Source: Anaeromyxobacteraceae bacterium (lineage in GTDB: Bacteria > Myxococcota > Myxococcia > Myxococcales > Anaeromyxobacteraceae). Taken from it: a DNA stretch of 64,000 nt. The translations under genes and the position numbers were made by a program. The stretch covers positions 992,001 through 1,056,000 of the forward strand of contig JASGHJ010000001.1 in the NCBI GenBank assembly GCA_047602405.1, written 5' to 3'. Shown piece by piece: positions 10,163 to 20,522 of this stretch. Within the stretch, counting starts at the first letter, position 1; each line of letters opens with the position of its first letter. Below the pieces are notes generated by a model. That model worked only from the letters and a program-made list of their open reading frames with translations. It did not search any database and was not told the origin of the DNA.

Positions 10163-11983
10163 CTACGTCCCGCCCTGCTGCGCGTAGATCGCGTCGGCGA
10201 TCCGGTACGCGGAGCCCTCGAGCCTCGTGAGGGCCTCCTTGATCGCGGCGACGTCCTCGCCCTTCAGCTGGCTCTTCAGCACCTCGAGGTCGGCCTTGAT
10301 CTCCTGGAGGTCCTCCGGCTTCAGCGCGGAGGCGTACTCCTCGAGGCTCTTCTCGGTCGTGTAGATGAGCCCCTCGGCGTTGTTCTTGAGGTCCGCGAGC
10401 TCCTTCTTCTTCGCGTCGTCCTGCTTGTTCGCGTCGGCGTCCTTGATCATCCGCTGGATCTCCTCCTCGGTGAGGCCGGAGGAGGCGGTGATGCGGATCT
10501 GCTGGACCTTGCCGGTGCCGAGGTCCTTCGCGGACACGTGCACGATGCCGTTCGCGTCGATCTCGAACGTCACCTCGATCTGCGGGACGCCGCGCGGCGC
10601 GGGCGGGATGCCGACGAGCTCGAAGCGGGCGAGCGTCTTGTTGTCGCCCGCCATCTCGCGCTCGCCCTGCAGGACGTGCACCGACACGAGCGGCTGGTTG
10701 TCGACCGCGGTCGAGAAGACGTTCGACTTCTTGCACGGCACGGTCGTGTTCTTGTCGATGATCTTCGTGAACACGCCGCCGGCGGTCTCGACGCCGAGCG
10801 AGAGCGGGGTGACGTCGAGGAGGAGGACGTCCTTCACCTCGCCCTTCATCACGCCGCCCTGGATGGCGGCGCCCACCGCGACGACCTCGTCCGGGTTGAC
10901 GCCCTTGTGCGGCTCCTTGCCGAAGAACCGCTTCACGACCTCCTGGACCTTCGGCATGCGCGTCATGCCGCCGACCAGGATCACCGTGTCGAGCTGCCCG
11001 ACCGTGACGCCGGCGTCCTTGAGCGCGGTCTTGCACGGCTCGATCGTCTTCTCGACGAGGTCGCCGACGAGCTCCTCCAGCGTCACGCGGTCGATCGTCT
11101 CGGCGAGGTGCTTCGGGCCGGTGGCGTCGGCGGTGATGAAGGGGAGGTTGACCTCGGTCTCCGCGGCGGAGCTGAGCTCGTGCTTCGCGCGCTCGGCGGC
11201 TTCCTTGAGCCGCTGCAGCGCCATGCGGTCCTTCTTGAGGTCGATGCCGTTCGCCTCCTTGAAGCGCTTCGCGAGCCAGTCGATGATCCGCTGGTCGAAG
11301 TCCTCGCCGCCGAGGAAGGTGTCACCGTTCGTGGCCTTCACCTCGAACACGCCCTGGTTGAGCTCGAGGATCGTGATGTCGAACGTGCCGCCGCCGAGGT
11401 CGTAGACGGCGACCTTCTCGCTCTTGCCCTGGGTCTTGTCGATGCCGTAGGCGAGCGCGGCCGCGGTGGGCTCGTTGATGATGCGCAGGACGTTGAGCCC
11501 CGCGATGCGGCCGGCGTCCTTCGTGGCCTGGCGCTGGGCGTCGTTGAAGTAGGCGGGGCAGGTGACGATCGCCTCGGTGACCGGCTCGCCGAGGTAGTCC
11601 TCCGCCGTCTGCTTCATCTTCGCGAGGATCATCGCGGAGACCTCGGAGGGCGAGTACTTCTTCGCCTCCACCTCGACCCACGCGTCGCCGTTGTCCGCCT
11701 GCGCGATGTGGTACGGCACGAGGCCGAGGGTGCGCTTCACCTCCGGGTCCTCGAACTTGCGGCCGATGAGCCGCTTCACGACGTAGACCGTGGACTCCGG
11801 GTTGGTGATCGCCTGGCGCTTCGCGATCTGGCCGACGAGCCGCTCTCCACCCTCCGTGAATGCGACCATCGACGGCGTGGTGCGCGAGCCCTCGGAGTTC
11901 GGGACGACGACCGCGTCGCCGCCCTCCATCACCGACACGCAGGAGTTCGTGGTGCCGAGATCGATGCCGATGACCTTGCCCAT
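10163..11983 (-). CDS. dnaK: Chaperone DnaK (Hsp70)
   Basis: [32 protein letters not shown] motifs. Confidence 0.99.
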   Translation of the reverse strand: MGKVIGIDLGTTNSCVSVMEGGDAVVVPNSEGSRTTPSMVAFTEGGERLVGQIAKRQAITNPESTVYVVKRLIGRKFEDPEVKRTLGLVPYHIAQADNGDAWVEVEAKKYSPSEVSAMILAKMKQTAEDYLGEPVTEAIVTCPAYFNDAQRQATKDAGRIAGLNVLRIINEPTAAALAYGIDKTQGKSEKVAVYDLGGGTFDITILELNQGVFEVKATNGDTFLGGEDFDQRIIDWLAKRFKEANGIDLKKDRMALQRLKEAAERAKHELSSAAETEVNLPFITADATGPKHLAETIDRVTLEELVGDLVEKTIEPCKTALKDAGVTVGQLDTVILVGGMTRMPKVQEVVKRFFGKEPHKGVNPDEVVAVGAAIQGGVMKGEVKDVLLLDVTPLSLGVETAGGVFTKIIDKNTTVPCKKSNVFSTAVDNQPLVSVHVLQGEREMAGDNKTLARFELVGIPPAPRGVPQIEVTFEIDANGIVHVSAKDLGTGKVQQIRITASSGLTEEEIQRMIKDADANKQDDAKKKELADLKNNAEGLIYTTEKSLEEYASALKPEDLQEIKADLEVLKSQLKGEDVAAIKEALTRLEGSAYRIADAIYAQQGGT

Positions 11984-11986
11984 CGC

Positions 11987-12676
11987 CTAGCCCCCCTGCT
12001 CCTCGCCACCGGACGGCGCGGCCACCGACACGCCCACCATCGCCGGCCTGAGCAGCCGGTCGTTCAGCGTCCAGCCGCGGGCGTGCTCGAGCACCACCGT
12101 GCCCGGGGCGTGCTCCGCGGTGGGCACCTGCATGAGCGCCTCGTGCCGGGCGGGGTCGAACGGCTGGCCCATGGCCGAGAAGCCCTTCACGCCGTGCTTC
12201 GCGAGCGCCTGCTCGAGCGAGGCGCGCACGAGCTTCACGCCCTCGGTCAGCTTGTCGCCGGCCGGCGCGGCCGCGAGCGCGCGGTCGAGGTTGTCGACGG
12301 CCGGGAGGATGTCCTTGAGCATCCGCTCGTTGCCGAACTTCTGGATCTCGTCCTTCTCCTTCAGCGCCCGCTTCTTGTAGTTCTCGAGGTCGGCCGCGGC
12401 GCGGAGCATCTTGTCGTGCTCGTCCTTGAGCTTCTCCATGAGCTCGCGGCCCTTCGCCTGCGAGAGCTCGAGCTGCGCCTTCAGGCTCGCGACCTCGGCG
12501 GGGTCGGCGCCCTCGCCACCGACCTCGACCGGGAGGCCCTCGTTGAGCTCGGACGCCGTCGCGGGATCACCGCCGCCGCTCTCGCGGGCGACGCGCTCGA
12601 CGGAGCGCAGGGCCTCGTCGATGGCGGCCTGCGCGATGTCCGCCTGGAGGGAGCTCTTCTCGGGCTGATCGGCCAT
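11987..12676 (-). CDS. grpE: Nucleotide exchange factor GrpE
   Basis: [38 protein letters not shown]; directly upstream of dnaK; ATG at 12676. Confidence 0.96.
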   Translation of the reverse strand: MADQPEKSSLQADIAQAAIDEALRSVERVARESGGGDPATASELNEGLPVEVGGEGADPAEVASLKAQLELSQAKGRELMEKLKDEHDKMLRAAADLENYKKRALKEKDEIQKFGNERMLKDILPAVDNLDRALAAAPAGDKLTEGVKLVRASLEQALAKHGVKGFSAMGQPFDPARHEALMQVPTAEHAPGTVVLEHARGWTLNDRLLRPAMVGVSVAAPSGGEEQGG

Positions 12677-12899
12677 GTCGGTGTGCGGGTGAAACGGGGG
12701 TCGGGCCCTTCGTCCAGGAGGGACGGGGCTAGACCCGGAACCGTCATGATGACACGGCGCAGCCTCGCGGAACAAGGCGAGTTTTACGGCCCGGGAAGGG
12801 GGCCGTGGGCGGTCCTTCGACGCCTTGCGGCGCGCACGACGAGTCCGTCAGAAATGCCGCGCCGTCAGGCCGTCCCCGCCGACGGGCCCGGGTCCGGCC

Positions 12900-15491
12900 T
12901 TACCGGTTCGAGAAGGCCGTCGTCTGGAGCCCGTACCCGCGCACGAACACCGGGTCCGCGCCGTCGCCCGCCACGTCGGGGAGCTGGGCCGCCGCGGCGG
13001 CGTCGCTCGCGGGGAGCGCGAAGGGCAGCTTCCCGGTGCCAGCAAGGATGCCGAAGGCGACGTCCAGCGCGGTCTTGTCGCCGTACGGGTTCCCGGGGAG
13101 CGCCCCCGAGAAGTCGAGGTAGAGCGCGCTCACCTTGTAGGTGTCGGACAGCAGTTCCCCGACGACCGACGGACGCCAGGCGTCCACGATGACGACGAGC
13201 TGGGCCCTCGAGCCGGGCATGGCGTCGATGGCCGCCCGGGCGGCGGCGACGGGCGCGAGGATCTCGGCGTCGGTCGCAGCGTACGAGAGCGAGCCCGTCG
13301 GCAGCCCGAGCGCGCCCGCGTCCGGGTCGAGCGTCCAGGGCGCCTTCACGCGGACGAAGACGTAGTCGGAGCAGGCCATCCGCTCGGCGTCGGTGGTGAC
13401 CGGCGTGCTGGACCAGCCGCAGACTCGAGCGCCGTTCATCATCGAGGTGTAGCCGGACGAGACCGAGTTCACGTACTCGAGATCGAAGTCGCCCGCGAAG
13501 TAGGCGAAGTTCGAGAGCAGGAGGTACGCGGTCCCGGGCGGCGCCGGCAGCACCTTCAGCGTGCCGTTGCCGGCGTTGAAGGGGTCGTTCGTTTGCGTGC
13601 CGTTGCCGCCGCCGTTCAGGAACCCGGCGGGCTTCTGGACGTTCCGGAGGAGCACCATCCCGCCCCACATCGCGTACAGGCTCTGCTGGTACATCTCGGC
13701 GGTGTGGGTCGGCCCCCCGATGGTGCCGGGCGTCGTCGCGTCGACGTAGGGGTCCTCGAACAGTCCGAGCCGGAACGCGAGCGTAAGGAGCCGCATGGCG
13801 GAGGCCGTGACCCGCGCGTCGTCGAGGCCCGCCGCGGCGAGCGCGTCGAGGTCGCCGAGGCCGACGAAGAGGTCCACGCCCGCGCCGACGGCCTTCGCGA
13901 TGCGCGCTGGCCTCGTGAGCCCCTCGACCCCCCACGGCGTGCCGAGCGGCGCGAGCCCCGCGTCCTCGAGCACCCCCGCGGGGGCGACCACGAGCCCGCC
14001 GAAGCCGAGCCGATCACGCAGGAGGCCCGAGACGAGCGTCGCGTTGAAGGAGGCGCCCACCTGCTCGAGCGTCGCACCGTTCACGGCGCCGATGAACGCG
14101 TTCCAGGGCCCGGCCTCCGGGATGGCCCGGGCCGTCGAGACGCCCGCGACGCCGGCCGCGAGCGCGCCGTCGAACGCGCGCGCGTGCTCCTCGAAGCGGC
14201 CGCCGGGGTAGCTCGTGTACTTGCCCTTCGCGAGCCGCGCGTCGAAGCCACCCTTCGCGGCGCCGGCGCCCGGCCACTCCCCGAGGACGACCGCGACGCC
14301 GTTCCTGCCGAGCGCCGCACCCTGCGCGCCCTTCACGAACGCGGCCGCCATCGCCGAGGCCGTCGCGGAGTCCTCGCCGAAGGTCCACGGCGCGCCCGGC
14401 CACCGCGGATCGGTCGCGAGGTTCGCCGAAGGCTGGAGCACCATCCGGATGCCGAGCGCCCGATACTCTTGGGCCGCGAGCCGGCCCCAGGTCTCCACAC
14501 GGGCGAGGTCGCGCCCCGCGCCGAAGGCCACCTCGGGCGGCCAGTACGTGAGCCCGTTCGCGTGCGTACGCCCCGGCCCCTCGGTGTGCGCGGGCTCCGT
14601 GGAGAGGAGGAACGGTACGCCGAGCGGCGAGCCCTCGCAGCGCGCCTGGAGCGCGTTCGACCAACCCGCGAGCGACCGCAGGGCGCCGCCGGAATTCGTG
14701 GTGGTGGAGGGCCACCACGTGGTGGAGCCGGAGCGGACACCGGCGTCGAGGAGCGCAGCGGTCGCGGGGGCGAGGCCGGTCGCGCCGGCCGCGTGCACGT
14801 CGGCGAGCGCGGGGTGGGCGAGCAGCGCGCGGCGGCCCGCGGCGCCGAGGCGCGTGGCGAGGTCGGCCGCGCGCAGGGCGGGCGACAGCGTCCAGTCCTC
14901 GTACGGCGTGAGGGCGCCGTCGCCGTCGAGGTCCTTGAACCTGAGCGACACGTCGCAGGGGAAGGAGAGCCCGAGGTGCGTCCCCTGGAACTGCTTCGTG
15001 AACTCGCGAACGGCCTTGCCCGACGACGGATGCACCGTCACGTCCGGCGCGGCGGCCTGCAGCGCCGTGCGGAGCGCGACGTTCTCCGGGAGGTCGCACC
15101 AGGACAGGCACGTGCCTCCCCAGCAGGCCTCCTTCGAGCCGCAGTCCTCGTCCTTCCCGCACGCGGGGTAGACGAGCGGGACGCACACCTGCGAGACGCA
15201 GCCCTGGCCCGCCGGGCACTCCGGCGCGCCACGGCAGGGGATGAAGTAGTGGCAGTGGTCGTCCACGCAGTCGGCGCCGCCGCCCGGGAGCGGATTGCAG
15301 TCACCGACCTTGCGGCAGGCCCCGGCCTCGAGCGGAAGGCAGGCGCCGTCCGCGCAGTAGAGCTTCGCCGAGCAGTCCTCGTGGACCGTGCAGACCGGGC
15401 CGGGCTCGGGATCCGGCTTCGCGGGGTCGCTGCACGCGGCGAGCGCGGCGAGGAGTGCGGCGGCGAGGAAGAACGTGAGCCTGCGGTCCAT
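12900..15491 (-). CDS. Lipoprotein: Cys-rich N-terminal repeats plus GH3-like domain with degenerate active site (copy A)
   Basis: Start MDRRLTFF after GAGG; lipobox LAAC; FKDLDGDG..PYEDW, LATDPRW..TFGED, FRLGLFEDPY, GKLPFALP; KH and nucleophile Asp motifs absent. Confidence 0.85.
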   Translation of the reverse strand: MDRRLTFFLAAALLAALAACSDPAKPDPEPGPVCTVHEDCSAKLYCADGACLPLEAGACRKVGDCNPLPGGGADCVDDHCHYFIPCRGAPECPAGQGCVSQVCVPLVYPACGKDEDCGSKEACWGGTCLSWCDLPENVALRTALQAAAPDVTVHPSSGKAVREFTKQFQGTHLGLSFPCDVSLRFKDLDGDGALTPYEDWTLSPALRAADLATRLGAAGRRALLAHPALADVHAAGATGLAPATAALLDAGVRSGSTTWWPSTTTNSGGALRSLAGWSNALQARCEGSPLGVPFLLSTEPAHTEGPGRTHANGLTYWPPEVAFGAGRDLARVETWGRLAAQEYRALGIRMVLQPSANLATDPRWPGAPWTFGEDSATASAMAAAFVKGAQGAALGRNGVAVVLGEWPGAGAAKGGFDARLAKGKYTSYPGGRFEEHARAFDGALAAGVAGVSTARAIPEAGPWNAFIGAVNGATLEQVGASFNATLVSGLLRDRLGFGGLVVAPAGVLEDAGLAPLGTPWGVEGLTRPARIAKAVGAGVDLFVGLGDLDALAAAGLDDARVTASAMRLLTLAFRLGLFEDPYVDATTPGTIGGPTHTAEMYQQSLYAMWGGMVLLRNVQKPAGFLNGGGNGTQTNDPFNAGNGTLKVLPAPPGTAYLLLSNFAYFAGDFDLEYVNSVSSGYTSMMNGARVCGWSSTPVTTDAERMACSDYVFVRVKAPWTLDPDAGALGLPTGSLSYAATDAEILAPVAAARAAIDAMPGSRAQLVVIVDAWRPSVVGELLSDTYKVSALYLDFSGALPGNPYGDKTALDVAFGILAGTGKLPFALPASDAAAAAQLPDVAGDGADPVFVRGYGLQTTAFSNR

Positions 15492-15502
15492 GGTGTCGCC
15501 TC

Positions 15503-17920
15503 TCAGAAGTGCTGCGTCTCGAGCCCGTAGCCGCGCACGAAGGTCGCGTCCGCGCCGTCGCCGGGGACGTCCGAAAGCTGCGCCGCCGCGGCCTCGTCGC
15601 TCGCGGGCAGCGCGACCGGCAGCTTCCCGGTGCCGGACACGACCCCGAAGATCACGTCGAGCGCGGCCTTGTCGCCGTCCGGGTTGGCGGGCCGCGCGCC
15701 GGACCAGCTCACGTAGAGCGCGCTCGGGGCGTACGCGAGCACCTCGCTCACGACCGGCGGGCGGCCGGCGTCCACGATGACGACGAGCTGCGCCTTCGAG
15801 TCCGGGTGCGCGTCGAGCGCGGCCCGCGCCGCCGCCACCGGCGCGAGCCAAGAGGGGTCGGTGCCCGCATAGGTGAGCGAAGGGGTGGGCAGCGCGAAGG
15901 GCCCCGAGTCGGGGTCGAGCGCCCACGGCGCGCGGATCCGGACGAGCACGTAGTCGGAGGCCGCCATCTTCTCGGCCTCGGTCAGCGACGCGAGCGTCGG
16001 CACGCGGTTCACGAGCACGCCGTAGCCGGCGGAGACCGAGTCGACCCAGTCGAGGTCGAAGTCGCCGGCCACGTAGAACCACGTCGGCCGGCCCGTCCCC
16101 ATGTACTCCATGCCGACGGGCGCCGGCAGCACGCGCAGGGTGCCGTTGCCGGCGTTCCGGTGGTCGCCGGTCTGCGTGCCGTCGCCGCCTCCGTTCAACC
16201 ACCCGGCGGGCTTCGGAACGTTCCGGAGCAGCACCATGCCGCCGTACATCGCCCGCAGCGCCTCCTCGCGCGCGGCGTAGCTCCCGATCCAGGCGTCGGG
16301 GTCCGCGTACGGAACCTCGAAGAGCCCGAGCTGGAACATGAGCCGCAGCACCTTTCGCGCGGCGCCAGCGACCTGGGCCTCCGAGAGGTGCGCGTCGTCG
16401 ATCGCCGTCAGGCTCGCGAGCCCGAGGAACTGGTCGACGCCCGCGCCCACCGCCTGCGCGATCCGCTGCGGGCGCGTGAGCGCCTCCACGCCCCACGGCG
16501 CGCCGAAGGGCGCGAGCCCGGCGTCCTCGATCGCGCCCGGCGGGGCGAGGACGAGCCCGGAGTGGCGGCCGAGGAGCTGCGCGTTGAACGACGCGCCCGC
16601 CTGCTGGATCTTCTGCCCGAGGAGCGGGTCGGCGAGGGTGCCCCACGTGCCGTACGCGGGGATGGCGTAGCCGGGCATGAGCCCGGCGGCGCCGGTGCAG
16701 AACGCGGCCGCGTGGGCCTCGAAGCGGTTGCCGTCGTAGGCGGTGTACCGCCCCTTCGAGAGCCGCGCGTCGAGGCCTCCCCTCGCGGCCCCCGCGCCGC
16801 GGTAGCCAGCGAGCACGACCGCGAGGCTCGTCCTCCCGAGCGTCGTCCCTTGCGCGCCCTCAACGTACGCCCCGGCGAACCCGGTGGTGGTCGCGAGGTC
16901 CTCGCCGAAGGTCCACGGCACGCCCGGCCAGCGCGGGTCGGTCGCGAGGTTGCCCGCGTGCGAGACGACGAGGCGCACGCCGATCGCGCGGAGCTCGAGC
17001 GCGGTGTACTTCCCGAAGGCGGAGGCCCGGCCCTGGTCGAAGCTGGCGGCGATGGCGAGCTCGGGCGGCCAGGCGGTGAAGCCCGGCGAGCGGACCCGGC
17101 CCTCGCCGTCGACGTGCGCCGGCGCCGAGGAGAGCAGGAAGGGCACGCCGAGCGGCGCGGCCTCGCAGCGGGCCTGGAGGTAGTTCGCCCAGCTCCTCCG
17201 CGAGAACGGGGTCGAGGAGGTCGCGGCCGTCTGGCCCGCGCGGACGCCCGCGTCGACGAGCGCGCGCGTGGCCTCGTTCGGGAGGAGCGACGACGAGCTG
17301 GGCACGTCGGAGAGGACCGGGTGCGCGAGGAGCGCGCGCAGGCCGGAGGGGCCGAGCCGCGAGGCGAGGTCGGTGACGCGCTCGTCGGTGGTGAGCGTCC
17401 AGTCCTCGTAGGGCTGGAGCGCGCCGTCGCCGGAGAGGTCCTTGAACTTCAGGCCCACGCCGCACAGGACCGCCGGGTTCCCGGCCTCGCTCGCGAAGGT
17501 CCTCCGGACCGTGATGACCGTCTTGCCGGATCCCGGGTCCACGACGAGCGCGGGCTGGGCCGACGCGAGCTCGGAGACCCGCACCAGGTTCGGCGCGAGG
17601 TCGCACTCCGGCACGCAGCGCAGCTCGAGGCAGGGCCCCTCGGTGGTCCCCCCGCAGGCCTGCTCGACGCACTGCTCGTCGGCGGCGCAGTCCGCGGCGC
17701 GCTCGCACCGGCCGGCCGGAAGCGGCGCGCACAGCCCGGTCTCGCAGCCGAAGCCCGCCGGGCAGTCCCCGTGGTCCACGCAGACCGTCTCACACGCCTC
17801 ATCGCCCGGGCAGCGGGGGTGCGCGGGGCCGTGCCGCCCAGGGCCGTCGCAGGCGGCGAGCGCCGCGCCCAGGGCGAAGAGCAAGAGGAGCCTGGAGGTG
17901 GCGCGGGGCGGGCGTGGCAT
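15503..17920 (-). CDS. Lipoprotein: Cys-rich N-terminal repeats plus GH3-like domain with degenerate active site (copy B, tandem paralogue)
   Basis: Lipobox LAAC; same motifs as copy A (FKDLSGDG..PYEDW, LATDPRW..TFGED, FQLGLFEVPY, GKLPVALP). Confidence 0.85.
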   Translation of the reverse strand: MPRPPRATSRLLLLFALGAALAACDGPGRHGPAHPRCPGDEACETVCVDHGDCPAGFGCETGLCAPLPAGRCERAADCAADEQCVEQACGGTTEGPCLELRCVPECDLAPNLVRVSELASAQPALVVDPGSGKTVITVRRTFASEAGNPAVLCGVGLKFKDLSGDGALQPYEDWTLTTDERVTDLASRLGPSGLRALLAHPVLSDVPSSSSLLPNEATRALVDAGVRAGQTAATSSTPFSRRSWANYLQARCEAAPLGVPFLLSSAPAHVDGEGRVRSPGFTAWPPELAIAASFDQGRASAFGKYTALELRAIGVRLVVSHAGNLATDPRWPGVPWTFGEDLATTTGFAGAYVEGAQGTTLGRTSLAVVLAGYRGAGAARGGLDARLSKGRYTAYDGNRFEAHAAAFCTGAAGLMPGYAIPAYGTWGTLADPLLGQKIQQAGASFNAQLLGRHSGLVLAPPGAIEDAGLAPFGAPWGVEALTRPQRIAQAVGAGVDQFLGLASLTAIDDAHLSEAQVAGAARKVLRLMFQLGLFEVPYADPDAWIGSYAAREEALRAMYGGMVLLRNVPKPAGWLNGGGDGTQTGDHRNAGNGTLRVLPAPVGMEYMGTGRPTWFYVAGDFDLDWVDSVSAGYGVLVNRVPTLASLTEAEKMAASDYVLVRIRAPWALDPDSGPFALPTPSLTYAGTDPSWLAPVAAARAALDAHPDSKAQLVVIVDAGRPPVVSEVLAYAPSALYVSWSGARPANPDGDKAALDVIFGVVSGTGKLPVALPASDEAAAAQLSDVPGDGADATFVRGYGLETQHF

Positions 17921-18114
17921 CGGAAAGATCCCCGGGCCGCGGGGCGGAAGTGCCCCGGCGGCCCAATGCCCGGACCTGCATCATCTCCGGAACGCGCGCG
18001 GGCGCAACGCTGCCGTTCGCCGCACCCGTACCCCGGGTGAGAGCCCGGGCGGCGACGCCTGGGGCTTCTCGCCCGCGAGCTCCTGCGCGCAGCCCGCCCG
18101 GTCCCCGCTGCGGC

Positions 18115-19953
18115 TCAGGCTGCGGCGGCCTGCACGAGCGCCCGGACGTTCAGGATCAGGCCGACCTGTCCGGCCCCGTGGATGCCCGCGCCGCCGAACA
18201 GCTCGACGTGCTCGAGCCCGGACCCCAGGCTCTTCACGACGACCTGCTGCTGCGCGAGGACGTCGTCGACGAGCAGCCCGAACCGTCGCTCCTCCGACTC
18301 GAGCACCATCACGAGCGCCTCGGCGGGGTCGTGGTGTGCGTCGGGGATCTCGAGGAGATTCCCGAGCCGCACGAGCGGGAGGATCCGCCCACGCATCGAG
18401 AGCGCCTCGTGCCCGCCTGCGCGGGTCTTCACCATGTCGGGGGCCGGGCGGATCGACTCCACGACCGCGAGGGTCGGGACGAGGAAGCGCTCCTTGCCGC
18501 AGGCGATCAGCATGGCGTCGACCGTCGTCAGCGTGAGCGGCATCACGAGCCGCACGGTCGTGCCGGCCCCGGGCGTCGTGGTGGCGTGCACGCGGCCGCG
18601 CAGCCCCTCGAGCCGCAGCTTGATCGCGTCGAGCGACGGCAGCGGGCCGCCGCCGTCCGGGTCGCCGGGGGGCGGCCACGCGCCGGGCGCGAGGAGGAGC
18701 GCGTCCATCGCCTCGTCGTCCGCCGGGGCCTGGCCGGCGGCGCGGAGCCGCTCGACGACCGCCGCGCGGTCGATCCCCGCCCCGTCGTCCGACACCTCCA
18801 CGACCACCTGGCCGGCCTCGGTCCGCGCCGAGATCCGCACGGTGCCGCGGCTGGGCTTCCCGGCGGCCTCGCGGTCGGCGCGCGGCTCGATGCAGTGGGC
18901 GATCGCGGCGCGCACGAGCGCGAGCAGCAGGTCGGCGAGGTTGTCCACGATGAGCCGGTCGAGCTCGGTGGCGTCACCGAGGGTGACGATCCGGACCTGC
19001 TTGCCCGCGCGCCGCGCGAGATCGCGGGCGCCGCGGGAGACCCGCTGGAAGAGCTCGCTCGCGTGATCCATCCGGAGGCGGGTCCCGGCGTCGGTGAGAT
19101 CGCGGGTGACCTTGGCCAGCTGGCCCATCAGCCTGCGGCCGGCCTCCGAGGCGGCGCCCCGGAACTCCGGCACGCTCCGCAGGGCCGACTCCACCACCAC
19201 GAGCTCGCCGATGGCCTCCATGAGCAGGTCGAGCCGCGCCTGCTCGACGCGGGTGAGGACGTTTCGCTGGCCGCCGACGGGGCCGTCGGCCCCCCGCGCG
19301 TGGCGCGCCTGCGCGCGGAGCGCCCGGCCCACGAGCGCCGCGTCCACGAGGTGGGAGGCCACGAGCTCCTCACCCAGGCGCCGGCCGCTCTTCACCTGCG
19401 CCTCGAGCGCGCGGTCGATCACCGCCTGCGGCACGTCGAAGGGTGGGCCCGCGAGGAGCTCGCCCAGCCGCTCGCCGCCGCGCACCTCGGGCAGCGGCGC
19501 CTCGTCCACGTCCGCGCCCGCCCGGAGCGCCGCCAGCCGCTCCACCACGGGCGCGGCCTCGGTCCCGTCCGGCAGCGCCGTGCCTGCGTCGAGGTGGACG
19601 AAGATCTCGTCGAGGTAGGTCCGGACGATGCCGCCCGTGTCGTAGAGCGCGTCGAGCCCGGCGCCGCCGATCGCCCGGTTCCGCTCGCGGCTCCAGCGCA
19701 GGAGCGCGTGCGCCCCGGCCGTCAACGGCGCGATGCCGTCGAGCCGCAGCGCCGCGGCCCGGGTGGCGAGCGTCATGTACCCGTCGTCGAGCGCCTGCAG
19801 GTTGAAGAGGTGCGGGTCGCGCTCGGCGAGGAGCAGCTGCTCGTCCAGGCCGTCGAGCACCTCGGCGGTCTCGGCGGCGAACTGGACGAGCTGCTCGGCG
19901 CGCGAGGTGGCCTCCTCGGCGCCGGTGGGGCCGGGATTCGAGCTGGGGTCCAT
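18115..19953 (-). CDS. CheA-like protein with degenerate Hpt and ATPase domains, MshEN-like motif and intact CheW-like P5 domain
   Basis: Dimerisation RVEQARLDLLMEAIGELVV, DDGAGID, PLTL, P5 GLLVDDVLAQQQVVVKSL..GLILNV; phospho-His, N-box Asn and G2 box missing. Confidence 0.85.
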   Translation of the reverse strand: MDPSSNPGPTGAEEATSRAEQLVQFAAETAEVLDGLDEQLLLAERDPHLFNLQALDDGYMTLATRAAALRLDGIAPLTAGAHALLRWSRERNRAIGGAGLDALYDTGGIVRTYLDEIFVHLDAGTALPDGTEAAPVVERLAALRAGADVDEAPLPEVRGGERLGELLAGPPFDVPQAVIDRALEAQVKSGRRLGEELVASHLVDAALVGRALRAQARHARGADGPVGGQRNVLTRVEQARLDLLMEAIGELVVVESALRSVPEFRGAASEAGRRLMGQLAKVTRDLTDAGTRLRMDHASELFQRVSRGARDLARRAGKQVRIVTLGDATELDRLIVDNLADLLLALVRAAIAHCIEPRADREAAGKPSRGTVRISARTEAGQVVVEVSDDGAGIDRAAVVERLRAAGQAPADDEAMDALLLAPGAWPPPGDPDGGGPLPSLDAIKLRLEGLRGRVHATTTPGAGTTVRLVMPLTLTTVDAMLIACGKERFLVPTLAVVESIRPAPDMVKTRAGGHEALSMRGRILPLVRLGNLLEIPDAHHDPAEALVMVLESEERRFGLLVDDVLAQQQVVVKSLGSGLEHVELFGGAGIHGAGQVGLILNVRALVQAAAA

Positions 19954-19974
19954 GTCTCTCCCGGGCGGCCGCGC

Positions 19975-20508
19975 TCAGGCGCGCGCGGTCGCGGCCTCCG
20001 GGCGAGCGGCCGCCTGGGCGACCACCGCGGCGGTCGAGGCGAGGTCCGCCTCGGAGCTCGCGAGCACCCGGTCGATGTCGAGCAGGATGATGAAGCCCTT
20101 GCCGGCCTTGCCCATGCCGGTGATGTGCTCGAGGCGCATCCCGGTGCCGAACGAGGGCGCGGGCTCGATGTCGGCGGGCCCGAGGTCGACGACCTCGCTG
20201 ACCGCGTCGGCGATGACACCCAGGGTGAGCACCTCGTCACCGGAGCGGGTCTCCACGACGAGCACGCAGGTGCGCTTCGTGGTGGGCACCTCCTGGCGGC
20301 CGAACTTCACCGCGAGGTCCACGACCGGCACCACCGAGCCGCGCACGTTGATGACGCCGCGGATGCTGGTGGGCGTGCCCGGCACGCGGGTGACCTCCTC
20401 GTACTGCAGGATCTCCTTCACCTTGAGGATCGGCATCCCGAAGTCGGTGCCGCCCACCACGAACGAGAGGAACTGCTTCACCTGCTCCGCGGCTTCGGTG
20501 GCGCTCAC
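19975..20508 (-). CDS. cheW: Chemotaxis coupling protein CheW
   Basis: VKEIL..TRVP..IRGVINVRGSVVPVVDL, GVIADAVSEV, ILLDIDRVL; GGAGG SD before GTG at 20508. Confidence 0.95.
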   Translation of the reverse strand: MSATEAAEQVKQFLSFVVGGTDFGMPILKVKEILQYEEVTRVPGTPTSIRGVINVRGSVVPVVDLAVKFGRQEVPTTKRTCVLVVETRSGDEVLTLGVIADAVSEVVDLGPADIEPAPSFGTGMRLEHITGMGKAGKGFIILLDIDRVLASSEADLASTAAVVAQAAARPEAATARA

Positions 20509-20522
20509 GAGGTCACCTCCCC

